Below are positions 38,960 through 50,413 of a stretch of 64,000 nucleotides of DNA, one piece after another. A program made the translations under genes and the position numbers. This DNA is from Camelus dromedarius (taxonomy: Eukaryota): contig NC_087437.1 in NCBI RefSeq assembly GCF_036321535.1, forward strand, positions 47,866,001 to 47,930,000, read 5' to 3'. How positions within the stretch are numbered: the stretch's first letter is position 1; every line of letters starts with the position of its first letter. Under the pieces are notes generated by a model. It ran no database searches, was not told where the DNA came from, and saw only the letters and a list, made by a program, of their open reading frames with translations.

Positions 38960-40580
38960 CTCCACTCCCTTTTATATCTCCAACACCTCCCTCTTCTGGC
39001 TTTTTTCTCCCACGCTAGGAAAGAGCACACCTCAGAACTGTCCCTCTGACTTGAGTCCTCCTTCAGTCATCCCATCCATCAATTAAAGCTTCTCTAAAAC
39101 TTTTCTGTTCTCCTCATCTTCACTCCACCTCCCTTTAAGTTCACCACTGCCGTCTGATCCATCTTCCTGTGAATCCGCTAAAACCGCTGAGGTTGTCAGT
39201 GACCTCTTAGTTGCCACACTTGGTGGATATGCTTTAGCTCTGATTTCACACGAATTTTTGAGTCTTTGAACTTATTTTCCTTTTGGAACTGCTCCACCCC
39301 TACTTTCATTAGCACCGTTCTTTGCTGGCTTTCCCCGCTCGCAGACTGCCCTTTCTCTCTTCCTTTCACTGGCATCGTTTCATTCCTTTATCCTTTAAAT
39401 ACTGGCATTTCCTAGGATGCCATTTGACCATCCTGTCTTCTTTCTCTGAAAGCTGCTCTTCCTCATCCGTGTCACCCATACCTTTGTTTAGCGGCTGTCT
39501 CTGAGCTGGTGACTTGCAAATCAGTATCTCTCCGGAGCTGGAGACCTGACCATCTGACTCAGGCCTGGCTTCTTCTACTCAAACACCTCATAGGTACTTC
39601 AGGCTCATTGTGCCCAGACTGAATGAATTATCCTCTTTCTCCGAGTTGTTCTTCGTCTTGATTTCTCAAGGCCGAGACATCCTTTGCAATCTGCTTTCAT
39701 TCTGTGGCAGGTTGGTGACCAAGTCTAGTTATCTGGGCCTCCCAAATGGCTCAGATGTCCATCTTGTCCTCTTCATCCCCACTGTTGTGTGAGTGCTCAT
39801 CCCTTAAAAGGGCTAGCGCTGTGCCTTCCCGACTAATCTTCCTTCAGACTTGCCGCCTTTAATCCCACCTAGTCTGTCCACTGCACCCCAAGCGATCTTT
39901 TCACAGACGCATCCATCTGTGCATCGGTGGCACACTGGAGCTTAAATCCCAGATGTCTTTCTCTATTTTGCAGGATGAAGTCCAGACTCTTCTGCGTGTG
40001 ATTACAAGGCTCTCCATGATCTAACCCCTGTAACCTTTCTATCCCTCCCTCGTACTCCATCAGCTCTGGGCTCCAGACACAGCAGACCACTTCTTTCTGG
40101 ACACACTGTGATGTTAGGCACTTGTACATGCTGTTTTTTTCTGGGGGGGGGGATACCCTACTTCTACTCCTATCTGCTCCTTTTACCTGTTGTACTCCCT
40201 GAGGTTAGGATATCCATCTGTCCATCCATCCATCCATCCACCTGTCCCTCTGTCATCATCCATCCATCCATCCACCTGTCCATCTGTCATCATCCATCCA
40301 TCCAACCAACCAACACATACTCTCTGAGCAGCTGCTGTATGCCAGGCCTGCTGCTCTTCCTCCCTCACCAGCCCTGCCCAAACCCTCCATCCCCAGAAGA
40401 ACTATCATTTCTTTCTTATGATGTGATCCTCACCTCATGTAACACTCACCGGAGTCTGTCCTGCTCTTTGTGTGCATGTTCCCCTACTAGGCTGGCGAGC
40501 TCCTCAGTGGATGGAGCGTGTCTTCATTCACTCTGCAGCCTGAACTCCCGCACGGAGTCTGACGGGCACGTCTGCTGACT
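38960..40580 (-). mobile_element. L2 LINE remnant(s)
   Basis: Pyrimidine-rich degenerate tract with L2-type phrases (gtcagtgacctc...gttgcca; tccagactc...caaggctctccatgatcta); boundaries approximate. Confidence 0.6.
40213..40313. repeat. Degenerate (CCAT)n tetranucleotide repeat
   Basis: Read directly. Confidence 0.9.
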
Positions 40581-42074
40581 GAGGAGTTCCAGTTTCTCAA
40601 ACCCTGTTGATTTCTAGTGGTCACTGTTGCATGCACAGAGGTGATGGTCTTCAGAAGGAAGACCTAGTAGTTTTTTTTTTTCTTTTTTTTTCTTTTCTGA
40701 AAGGAAGTGGATCTAATCCAAGTCTCAGATGTGACTCTCACAGTCAAGGAGAGCCGCGTGTTCCAACAGTTCCTTTCTTCTCTTCTCCCTCCACTGTCAC
40801 GCAGGGCCGGAGGGGACAGTGAGGTTGGAACAATTAAAAGGATGCCGTAAACTTCTGTAGAGAGATTTCAGGTGACCTCCAGGATTGGTAAATGTGGCTT
40901 GTTAAATATGCTATTGGTGCAGGTTTTATTTCAGCATTTTTTGAGGCCGTTAAGTGGAGGGGAGAGGAACAGAGGCTCTGCGATGTCGGAGGAGGCGGAT
41001 TCCAAGAAAGGTGACATGAACGTGGCATTAGTGTTTGGAGAGACAGGTTTTTGAGCTGAAGTCTTCAGTAATTTTCACATTCCTAAGATGTGAACTATAA
41101 ACTTGTACTAGAAGCTGTAAAAACTTATTGTGAGAATCGCAAAGATGAGTCTCCGCCTTTATTGCCAAATGATAAAATGTGGGAAAGGAGACTTAAGATT
41201 GACGGGAGGAGAGACTAAAGAAGCAGCAAGGCCTCGATGCTGCCATAAGGCGTGGCTGCTTGAAAAGAGGCCGGGCTTCGACCCCAGCGCCGCAGCGTGT
41301 TGGAAACGTGCTCTTTTCTAATAACGGGAGGCACGTGCAGTGTAGAAATACGGTTTTGGCCTTTTGAGACAAACGTTTTAATTATGCTATTTGAGAGTAA
41401 AATTCTTAGTGTGAATCAGAAGGGGAATGAGTGAATGAATGACCTCTTTTGCATAACCACTTGATGGCTGTTTATGTCCTTGCACTGGGGCCGGGGATGG
41501 AAGATACATGAAGCTTAGGATGGCAAACATGGCTGATCGGTGGAGCTCCAGAAGTGCCTAGGGAGGTTAGATTGAGGTTTAATATGACCAGAACATCAGT
41601 GACTCTTTATTAATAATTATGAACTCTTTCAACAGTAATTGTTGTGCACACCCAGGACCAAGCACAGGGGTCCGGTGGGTGGGTTGCAGGGGAACAAGAG
41701 TCTCCCTCCTGGGGCCACCACCATCACTCCGGAGTAGCTCCCACCTCAGGTATGGACCCCAGCCTCTTGGGAGCACGTGCCGATTTGCAGTTGAAGTGCC
41801 CACTTCACCTTGATTCCTGGTTTCACTTCCCTTTCCAGAAGTGCTTACTTGATAATTTGGTGAAAACATAATCCAGTGGAACAGTAGCATTGCCCTTTAC
41901 CTACCTTCATGGACTTGGGTCAAGTTCCTGTTTATCCTGGGATCTCTAGTTCAGGTTGAATATTTCCTTTTGGCCTCTTATAAAAACCGGGAACTCTGAG
42001 ATGTGCCCCCTGTCCCATGCCTCCATTGTCTGTTGCATAGGCTGCATTTTAACAATCTCTTGTTTTCTTTTCAG

Positions 42075-42135
42075 AAGGTAAGAGGGGCATCTGGTGGAGC
42101 TTTACCCAAAAGGAGGAATTCCAAGATTTTTTTAG
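42075..42135 (+). CDS. USP13: USP13 coding exon 3 (aa 99-118 plus 1 nt)
   Basis: Acceptor ttttcttttcag; KVRGASGGALPKRRNSKIFL+G; donor TAG|GTAATG; 61 nt supplies the phase 1 needed for exon 4. Confidence 0.95.
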
Positions 42136-42449
42136 GTAATGTAAATAGTTATCAATAGTGTGCCCGGATTTTCTCTGTGTATGTGTGTGCATGTGCATGT
42201 GCATGTTCGGTTTAAATAATAGGTTGTTTATTGCTCTACAGTTTAAGGATGAGAGGAGCCAATTTAATTCCAGATGATCTTTCTCTACTTCGTGTTTACC
42301 CAGTGGTGAAGGATGCTCTCAGCACTCTTGTTGGGTTAGTGTTTTGAAACAATTGTTTTTATAGTGAGTGGAGAGTAGTTGTGATTCTGCTTCTGGTCTC
42401 TTTTTTTCCACTGCCTTTAATGAAGAGGCAGGTTTTCTTTTTTTCTTTT

Positions 42450-43015
42450 TTTAATATTAGCAAAACGACAGATTATTCGGATTTTACCATGTTTTCCACT
42501 AATGTCCTCTTTTTGTTCCAGGATCCTATGTTGCATTTGGTTGTCATGTTTGCTTAATCCTAATCTATGATAGTTCCTCAGTCTTTTTTTTGTCTTTAAT
42601 AATTGTGGCACTTTTATGACACTTTTGAAGACTACTTGCCAGTTATTTTGTAGAATGTACCTCAGTTTGGGTTTCTCGTGTTTCCTCATGGTAAGTCTGA
42701 GGTCATGCATTTTTGGCAAGAATACTGTAGGGGTGATGGGCCCTCCACGGTGCCTGATATCAGGGCGCACATGAAGCTGGGATGTCTTCACACTGGTGAG
42801 GTTAACCTTGATCCCTTGTGAAGGTGGTGTCTGTTGGGTTTCTCCACTGCAAAGTTAAAGTGTAATTAATCAGAATCTCAGGAGTGGTACTTTGAGATTA
42901 CGCTAATACTTGTTTCTCCTCAAAGTTTGCTGGCTAATTTTATCGTCCATCAGTGGGTCTTGCCTGCAATAGGGATTACTGTGGTGTTTGCCTGACGGTG
43001 ATTTTCTGTCTGCCT
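42450..43015 (-). mobile_element. Old L1 (L1MC-like) 3' fragment
   Basis: atgtcctcttttgttccaggatcc...ttattttgtagaatgt...tttttggcaagaatac motif series. Confidence 0.65.
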
Positions 43016-43837
43016 CATTCAGAAGAAAAGGTTTTTTGCTCATGCAAATTCGTAGTGGTTTCTGTATCATGTAATCATGATCATATTTCATATTAAGCTT
43101 CTGATACGGTTTTCCTGAGAGAAGAAGTGGTTTATTAATTTTTGAACAAGCAGGTTTATACCCCTAAATTGCTGGGATTATTGTTTGAGAGGAATTTCAA
43201 AGTTGTTTGCATATTGTGATTTCATCTATACATATATACTCACATACGTGTGTATGTGTGTGCATATATGTATGTGCGTGTGTGTATATGTGTGTTTGTG
43301 TGTGTGTGTGTCACATATACACATGTACATAGATTACTGAAAGTCTGGTAGAGTTTGGCAAAATATACTCCAAATTGTTAATAGTAGCTCTTTCCTGGTG
43401 GTGGGATTGAGGTAATTTTTATTTTCTTCTTTTTGCTTATCTGTATTTGATTTTTTTCTGTAACAAACTGTAATAAAAAGACATTAATTATTTGAAAAGT
43501 ACAGCCATTGGAAACAGTCATGGGGCTGAGTTTCCTTCCTGCTTTGATTCTCTGTCACTCTGCGCTGGGCCCACTTGCTAACTTTCTCTCTCGATTTTCA
43601 AGTTGTGGTTTTCTTGATGAGGCTTATCTGTTTTTCCACCCTGGCCAATCTTTCGCACTGCTCGGCATGTGTTTGGACCACAACCCCAGTCAACCAATTA
43701 AACTCAGAGCAGCTTAGAATGGGCCTGAAAGCTAAAGTGACTGCATTCTGATGTTTTGGTTGTAAACTTTTGGCTCCCTTCCAATAATAGAGATAATTGA
43801 CTTCTTCTGAATTCAGTGACATCAGCATGACATTCTT

Positions 43838-44016
43838 TTTTTAAAAAAAAACACTTTTTTTTTCTTTTTTTGGGGGTGTGTGGAGTGGGTAGAGGGTAGA
43901 TAATTAGGTTTATTTATTTATTAAAAACAATGTTTTTAAAATGGAGGTACTAGGAATTGAACCCAGGATCTCTGTGCTATGCACGCACTTTACCACTGAG
44001 CTACACCCTTTGCCCC
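43838..44016 (-). mobile_element. tRNA-derived SINE (Vic-1-like)
   Basis: ggaattgaacccagg...taccactgagctacacc; 15-bp TSD CAGCATGACATTCTT (43823-43837) / CAGCACGGCATTCTT (44017-44031), 2 mismatches. Confidence 0.88.
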
Positions 44017-44669
44017 CAGCACGGCATTCTTGAAGGTGGAAATAATTAAACATTTTGACTCGCTGTTGTTATTTTTTCATTATTTTCTTTGGTTGAATAA
44101 AGAAGTTAGTTGACCTCTTGTCTTTTAACCTTTATGTCTTTTACTCAAAAGACCTTGCAGTTTGATTTTTCTAGTGGTCATTTTGGTGGTAGAAGATATT
44201 GTCAAGTAATTGCTTTAAAAGTTAATCCAAAGGTAAGCACTGAGGTTTTGGGCTTCAGTGTGGCCCCCTCCTGGGAGCACCAGCCCTCCCTTTCATTTCA
44301 GTGGGACTTCTTCTACAGGCTGTTCTCTGTGTTTTCTCAACATTCCACGTCTTAGAAAGCCACAGGGTGTGCCTGAAACTCACAGCCCAATAAAAATGTT
44401 CCATTTGGACTGTACCAGTTTTTAAAAAATGTAAATTTGAATGCTGTAGGCACTCTGGGGTTTGTCCTAGGCACCGTTTCTCTCTGTTATTTTATACTCA
44501 GATGCTTCGCTAATTTTATGTCAGTAAGAATTTGGTTTTGTGAGTCGTGACTTACAGCTCCTCAGCTGGTGCTTCTTATCTCCCAACAGCAGGTCCTCTT
44601 CTCTTGCCACACTGATCACAGCTCTGTTTTCAGGTTGGTGTGGCCTGTAAATTAATTTCAGTGAAGGAT

Positions 44670-45225
44670 TGTATTAGGCATGCCTCTGGTTATGTAACAG
44701 GAAACTTAAAATACTGGTGATTTTAAAGAATAAAAACCAAAAAACAAAAACAAAAAAAGATGACCCCCCTCCAAAACCCCCAAAACTGGTGAATTTAAAT
44801 AAGGTAACTGTTTTTCTCATTTCATGCAGATGTTAGGAAGCGGCAAGTGCAGGCTGATGTGGTGGCCTCATGTTGATCATGATCTAGGTTCTTCCCATAT
44901 TTCTGTTTCACCCTCCATCTTGCCCTGTGATTTCCAACCTTCATGGTCACTTTATGGCCTAAAATGGCTGCTGGAAGTCTAGCCATCATGTCCCCCTTCT
45001 GGAAAGTAGGGAAGACAAAGAGGGAAGGACAGAAAAGAAAAACCTTATCTCCCAGTGGATTCAGCTTCCTTTTGTCAGCCTTCTCACAAATCCCCACACA
45101 GAACTTAAGTTTACACCTCTCTGGTCAGAACTTGGTCACATGCCTATACCGTGTGCCTCACTGAATAAAGTCTGTTACTGAGGAAGAAATGGAGAATGAA
45201 TGCTGGGAGGCAGCTAGTAGCCTCA
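44670..45225. mobile_element. MaLR (MLT1-like) LTR fossil
   Basis: aaaatggctgctggaagtctagccatcatgtcc...ggtcagaacttggtcacatgcc motifs. Confidence 0.6.
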
Positions 45226-46009
45226 GCATGAGTCCTTCCTAAAAGAGACATTGGGCTGTCTCTTCATGAAGAGGAAGAGAACTCAGAACTCTCTTGCAGT
45301 CTCTTTGTTTCTTCAACTAGAAAGTACTTTTTCATTGCTACTGAAGCGTAGTTAAGATGACCCTTCTTCCCCTTCACAGAACACAGGCAGATGACTAATG
45401 CTTTCTCCTGGATAGAGGGTTCCCCCCTGTTCACTTAATGACTTTGTGACTAATTCCTTTTCCATTGGCTCAACAGTGACGTTGAAACTGTTGAATCATT
45501 CAGTTAGGACCTTCAGTATTGATTTTACAAGGGAAACTGAGGCTGAATGGCTTACCCGAGTCTCCTGAGCCCCATTCTGCCCCTCGACATTCAAGTCACT
45601 CTTCCTTCTGAATACCTGGACAGTCATTTAAGTCACACCCCAGTTAAGAATCCTTCCCTCAGCTCTAGCTTTTGCTGGTAATTTTTTTTTAAATCAACAA
45701 TGACAGTTATTGCTAATTTTTGAATCACTTAAACTTTATACTTCTTTTAGTAGTTAGAATTTAAAAAATATCCTTTGAATACATAACACATGGGCATTGC
45801 TTAAAATTGAAACTTTATTGGAGCCTCCATAATGAAAAGTAAGTTTCTCTCTCTCTTCCCTATCTCCTTGCCACTTGGTTACCCTGCCCAGAGACAAACA
45901 GTATTTTCTGTTTGTGCATCCTTATATGTCTTGTGTATTCTTCCAGCAATAGTCTAGACATATACCATACTTGCAGGCTTTTTTCCTATAGGCAGGAGGG
46001 AGCATTAAC

Positions 46010-46540
46010 ATTTTGGTTCCCAAACTGTGTTCTGAGGCACCTTAGGCTGTTGCAGCGAACTCACAGGTCCATCATGGGATGTTTTAACTCTTCAAGGAAA
46101 CAGTGATGCTTGAATATTGCATGAATGATTAGCTTGTTGTAGTTTCATTAATTTCATCTCTTTCTGAAGCTGCTTTTTTGGTGTTTTCTATGGTAAAAGG
46201 CAAGTACCACAGGAAAATAATGTGGAATGGGAATATGGGAGACAGTGTCCAGTCTCATTCAAAGAGTAAAGTTGAGCAGTGCCCAGCAGGCACACACAGC
46301 CCATTAGTAAGGAATTATGACTATATAAGAGTGAAATAAAACATTTTTCTTTGAATATATGTGTATTATTTTTTTCAAATGGTTACTAACTTGTTAGAAT
46401 GTAAATGCTTATTAAGTTATCTGGACCTAACTACTAAATAAACAGAACTACTAGGCATTTCTTTTGGCTTAGGGCTGCTGTGCAAAAATTGCTGGGGTGC
46501 TTAATGGTGCTGTGAACCGAGAAAGTGTGTGTAGCTCTGC
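46010..46540. mobile_element. hAT-Charlie DNA transposon fossil
   Basis: ggttcccaaactgtg start; a transposase-end-like stretch (SSAQQAHTAH-stop near 46275-46307); gctgtgaaccgagaaagt end. Confidence 0.5.
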
Positions 46541-48416
46541 AATAATGTTGTTTAAGCTGGAAAGGGACACTATTAGGCTGTCTTTTACAAAGATAACTTA
46601 CAACTGTATGAAAGATTGTGACTTTGGGGAATAGGCAGGTATAAAAGTTACTGTTTAATGAGATAGAAGGAGAGTAGTGGGGATGTAAGGGAGTCTGTGA
46701 TCTTCAAAGAAATACCCCAGGACTCGTGATGTGATTCTGGCCTAATCGCATTTGTATTTTTTTTTTTACAGTAAAACTACAAATGTGTATAGATGTGTAA
46801 ATAACTGCTAATGCAGTGAATTAAAAAAAATACCATGTCTTTGTTATGTCATGAAAATAGTGTTAAATATTCACATTTTTATTGACACCTCCCCACTTTC
46901 ACAGATAAGAGTAAATGTTCTTCTGTGTCTGTAGACTGGGAGATCAAAGAGTGACCGCTAAACCCCAGAGAGCTTCCGTTCCACTGTTTTGGCTGTAGCC
47001 CTGGCATGTGTGTTTCACCAGGTACAGGTTGAAAATAACATTTGTGGAAAGTTCCAGGAATGGGCCTGTTCAGAAAACTCATTTGTGCCTATAATGACCA
47101 GAAGGTTGACGTAAACCCCATTTTGCCATTGCCTTCTGAAGTAGGTCCTAGGGCCGGGTCTGTGCACAAGGACCGTCCCCCTGTGCCTTCTTGAGCAGTT
47201 CGTGAGATTTCACAGCCCCGGAGCAGCAGCCTGCTCATCTCCAGCTCATAAGTTAAAGTCCACGTGGTCAGGCCGAGAGAACTCTGAGCCAGGCTTCAGA
47301 GCTCTCGTTTGATTTAGGGATTCTTTCCTCGACTGTGCTGCTTTGTAGTGACTTCTTGGAAATGGCTGTGGTCCCAGCCACTTCTCCTAGGAATCTGAGA
47401 GGATCATTGAAGTAGAGTTGAGGAAGAGGTATTAGAAAAAAAATTTTTTTTGACTTAGAAAAAGAACCCAGGATTGCCAGTTAATATTCCCAGTGGAATT
47501 TAGCTGCTGGAGAGGTTGGGAGTCTTTGTTTTGCTGGTTCTTAGGCTGTGGTTACTCTGTAGGTTCCTCAACTAGGTATTTTTGGGGTGGTGAGACTCCA
47601 GTCAGAGAAATACAGAAAGGTGGATTTATACCTAGGATTGTGGGGGTCACATGTATTGAGGAGAAACCTTAGATTTGTCCCTTAGAATCAGAGTGTAGGT
47701 TACCTCTGGTGACTTTCCCCTGCATTGGATTAAGATGTCTGGGAAAGATCGTGGTGCCCTTCGATCCCATTGACTTTAAAATAAAAGTAAACTATAAACT
47801 AAGTGTAACGGAGCTCATCAAAGCTCTGCGTTTTGCATGACAGCAGTCCTTCTTGTTTAAACAATGCATGTTACCAATTAAAAAAAATTCTAACAACACT
47901 TTGGATGCGCTGGCCTTGCTCTTGTCCTTGGCATGCTGGTGTTGTGAACTTCCTAAAGTCTCCTTTCACAGGCATGTACTGAATGTGTGGTGTGTGCTGG
48001 GCGCTGGGCGCTGGGCTGGGGCTAAGGTTATGGAAGGTGAATTAGACTCATTTCCTGCTCTTAAAGCTACAGCCTGGAAGCATTTGAAGTTTGCATCTTC
48101 TCAATACTCAGATCACACAGAAGATCCCCCATGATATCCTGGTCCTCCTGAAGCTTATTTCAGGATTGCTTTGGAGCTGCCAATCATGTTAGTTGTGAGG
48201 AGCGTAGGGAAGAGATGATGTGGTGGTAAGGGGGGTGGCAGCTACTGTCTGTGGAGCCCCTAATACCTACCGATCCTGTACTAGGTGCCTTAAAAACTTA
48301 CTTTATTTCATCCTCTCAACAGTCTTGGGTAGGTAATTATTACTCATAGCTTACTCATGAGGAAAATGAACTTGGAAAGAATTTGCCCAGGCTTAGTACC
48401 TAGTCAATATCAGAGC

Positions 48417-48447
<31 letters not shown>

Positions 48448-50291
48448 GGCAGGGTCGGGGGGCTTAGTTTATCACTGTTTTTGGCCAGATAAGATCTGAA
48501 TTAGCATTAAGTATATTTTCTGTGAAAAAGAGACACATAGATAATGTGTTACATGAGTTGAATCTGTACACAAAAATGAAAGATTTGTACTTTGGTTACT
48601 TAAATTTATTATACATAATAATAAAGAAAAATTTAAGAATAAAGCTCCCCCACTCACGATTTTCATTTGTCCAGATTTCCTTCTAATTTTTGTCTATGAT
48701 TTTAACTGCTACAAAGACTTTTCAGGGAAGATGAATTTTGCATTTTTAACATTAACGTGGCATAAACATTTCCGTGTTTCTATGTAGTTAACTAAATATC
48801 ATTTAAATAATATTCTATTGGATTGAACACCATTCTCACTGAATATTGAGGTTCTAATTTTTAAACATTGTAGATATTGGGGCATTCAGATTTTTATCGC
48901 ACATATAATGTCTGCCTTTATTTGAATCATTTTCTTTAAGTAAATGCCATTAGTTAGTTCTTAAACTCTTAGGTTCTTTTTTAAACGTTGCTTTTTGTCA
49001 AAAATAACCTCTTATAACTTTCTAACAATGTAGTTTGTTTATTTTGGCATATCTGATTCTTATTATTTGGAATCTTTTATTAAAATGTGTAGACTGCATT
49101 TTAGCTGTATCTCATTTTCCACTAAAACTGCTCTCCCTTTGAGAATTTAAGAGCAGAGCTGTACATAAAAAGATACCAGGTTTTTGGCTGGAGGCATACA
49201 ACATGGTCATAACAGAATCTAGATACTTTGTTTCTCAGGCGGCTGCTTGGTCTAGTAAAATAGCTTTCTCCTATTTACAGAGCTCATGTTTGTGTGTGGG
49301 TTTGTGTGTGTGTGTGGGTGGAACATGGCTCAATGGCTCTTTGTCACCATAGTTCTAAACATCTAAATATACAAACATGATCTGGGATGCTGGCACCCAT
49401 GTGGGCACAAGACTGAAATGTCCATGTAAATATTGTGACAAGACATTTCCTTGAGTCTTTGCCTATCCTTCCCAGAGATTAGCCAAGCAAAGAGGCGATG
49501 ACTTGATAGACAACAGGCTAGATTTCTTACTGAGAATTCTCCACAGCCCAAGCACAACAGGACTACTTATATCATGGGGTTTCCCCCTCTGATTTACTGT
49601 GCAGTATATCAACAACTCTTAGTGGGGAGGGAGAGGGAGGGGGAGAGAGAGAGGGAGGAAAATCGAGATTTTTATTTTAAAATAATTGTTACCATTTACT
49701 GACAGCTTTTTATGTTCCAGGTCTCTTGTTTATAATTTATTATTTATTCCCCGTATAAACTGTGTGAGATAAGTGTTATCTCCATTCTCCAAATGAGGAA
49801 ACTAAGGCTTACAGAGTTTATGACTTGCTTAAAGAAACATTAAGTTTTGGGGGCCAGAGTTGAACCTAGGTTTATCTGCTCTCAAACCTATGTGCTGTCT
49901 TCCACTGTGCTGTGAAAAACATTCCAGCCCATTCTTGGGAAATCAGGAGCCAGGTACCCAACAGATAATAAGGACCAGCCTATTCCTCTAAACATCTTTA
50001 AGAATTGAGTATCTAGCACAGATGTCTATTTCAGTGGTAAAGCTGTGTGATGTGGCTCAGTCCTCTTTGTACATCTGTCCCGAGTAGATACTGATGTAGA
50101 ACTTCGGCAACGTGGAAAAAGCCTCTTATTCCTGGTTTGAGGCCAATGGGTGGCAACGTCAGAGGCGGGAATTGTGAACGTCGGCCCGTGGTTTGTCGTC
50201 CCCGTGGATTTCTGGCTTTCCTAGTGAGTGCTGCCTTGGTGTAGAATGTGCTCTTATACTTTCTTGTTCTCTGTTTTTGTTTTCTCCTCAG

Positions 50292-50413
50292 ATCTAGATA
50301 CTGATGATGATTTAAATAGCGACGATTATGAATATGAAGATGAAGCCAAGCTTGTTATATTTCCAGACCACTATGAAATAGCACTGCCAAATATTGAGGA
50401 GTTACCAGCCCTG
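50292..50413 (+). CDS. USP13: USP13 coding exon 4 (aa 119-159)
   Basis: Long pyrimidine tract ending ctcctcag; (D)[40 protein letters not shown]; donor CTG|GTCAGT. Confidence 0.96.

Noticed and set aside
40108..40578. 156-aa ORF with HPSI repeats
   Set aside because: Translation of the (CCAT)n microsatellite within L2-like sequence.
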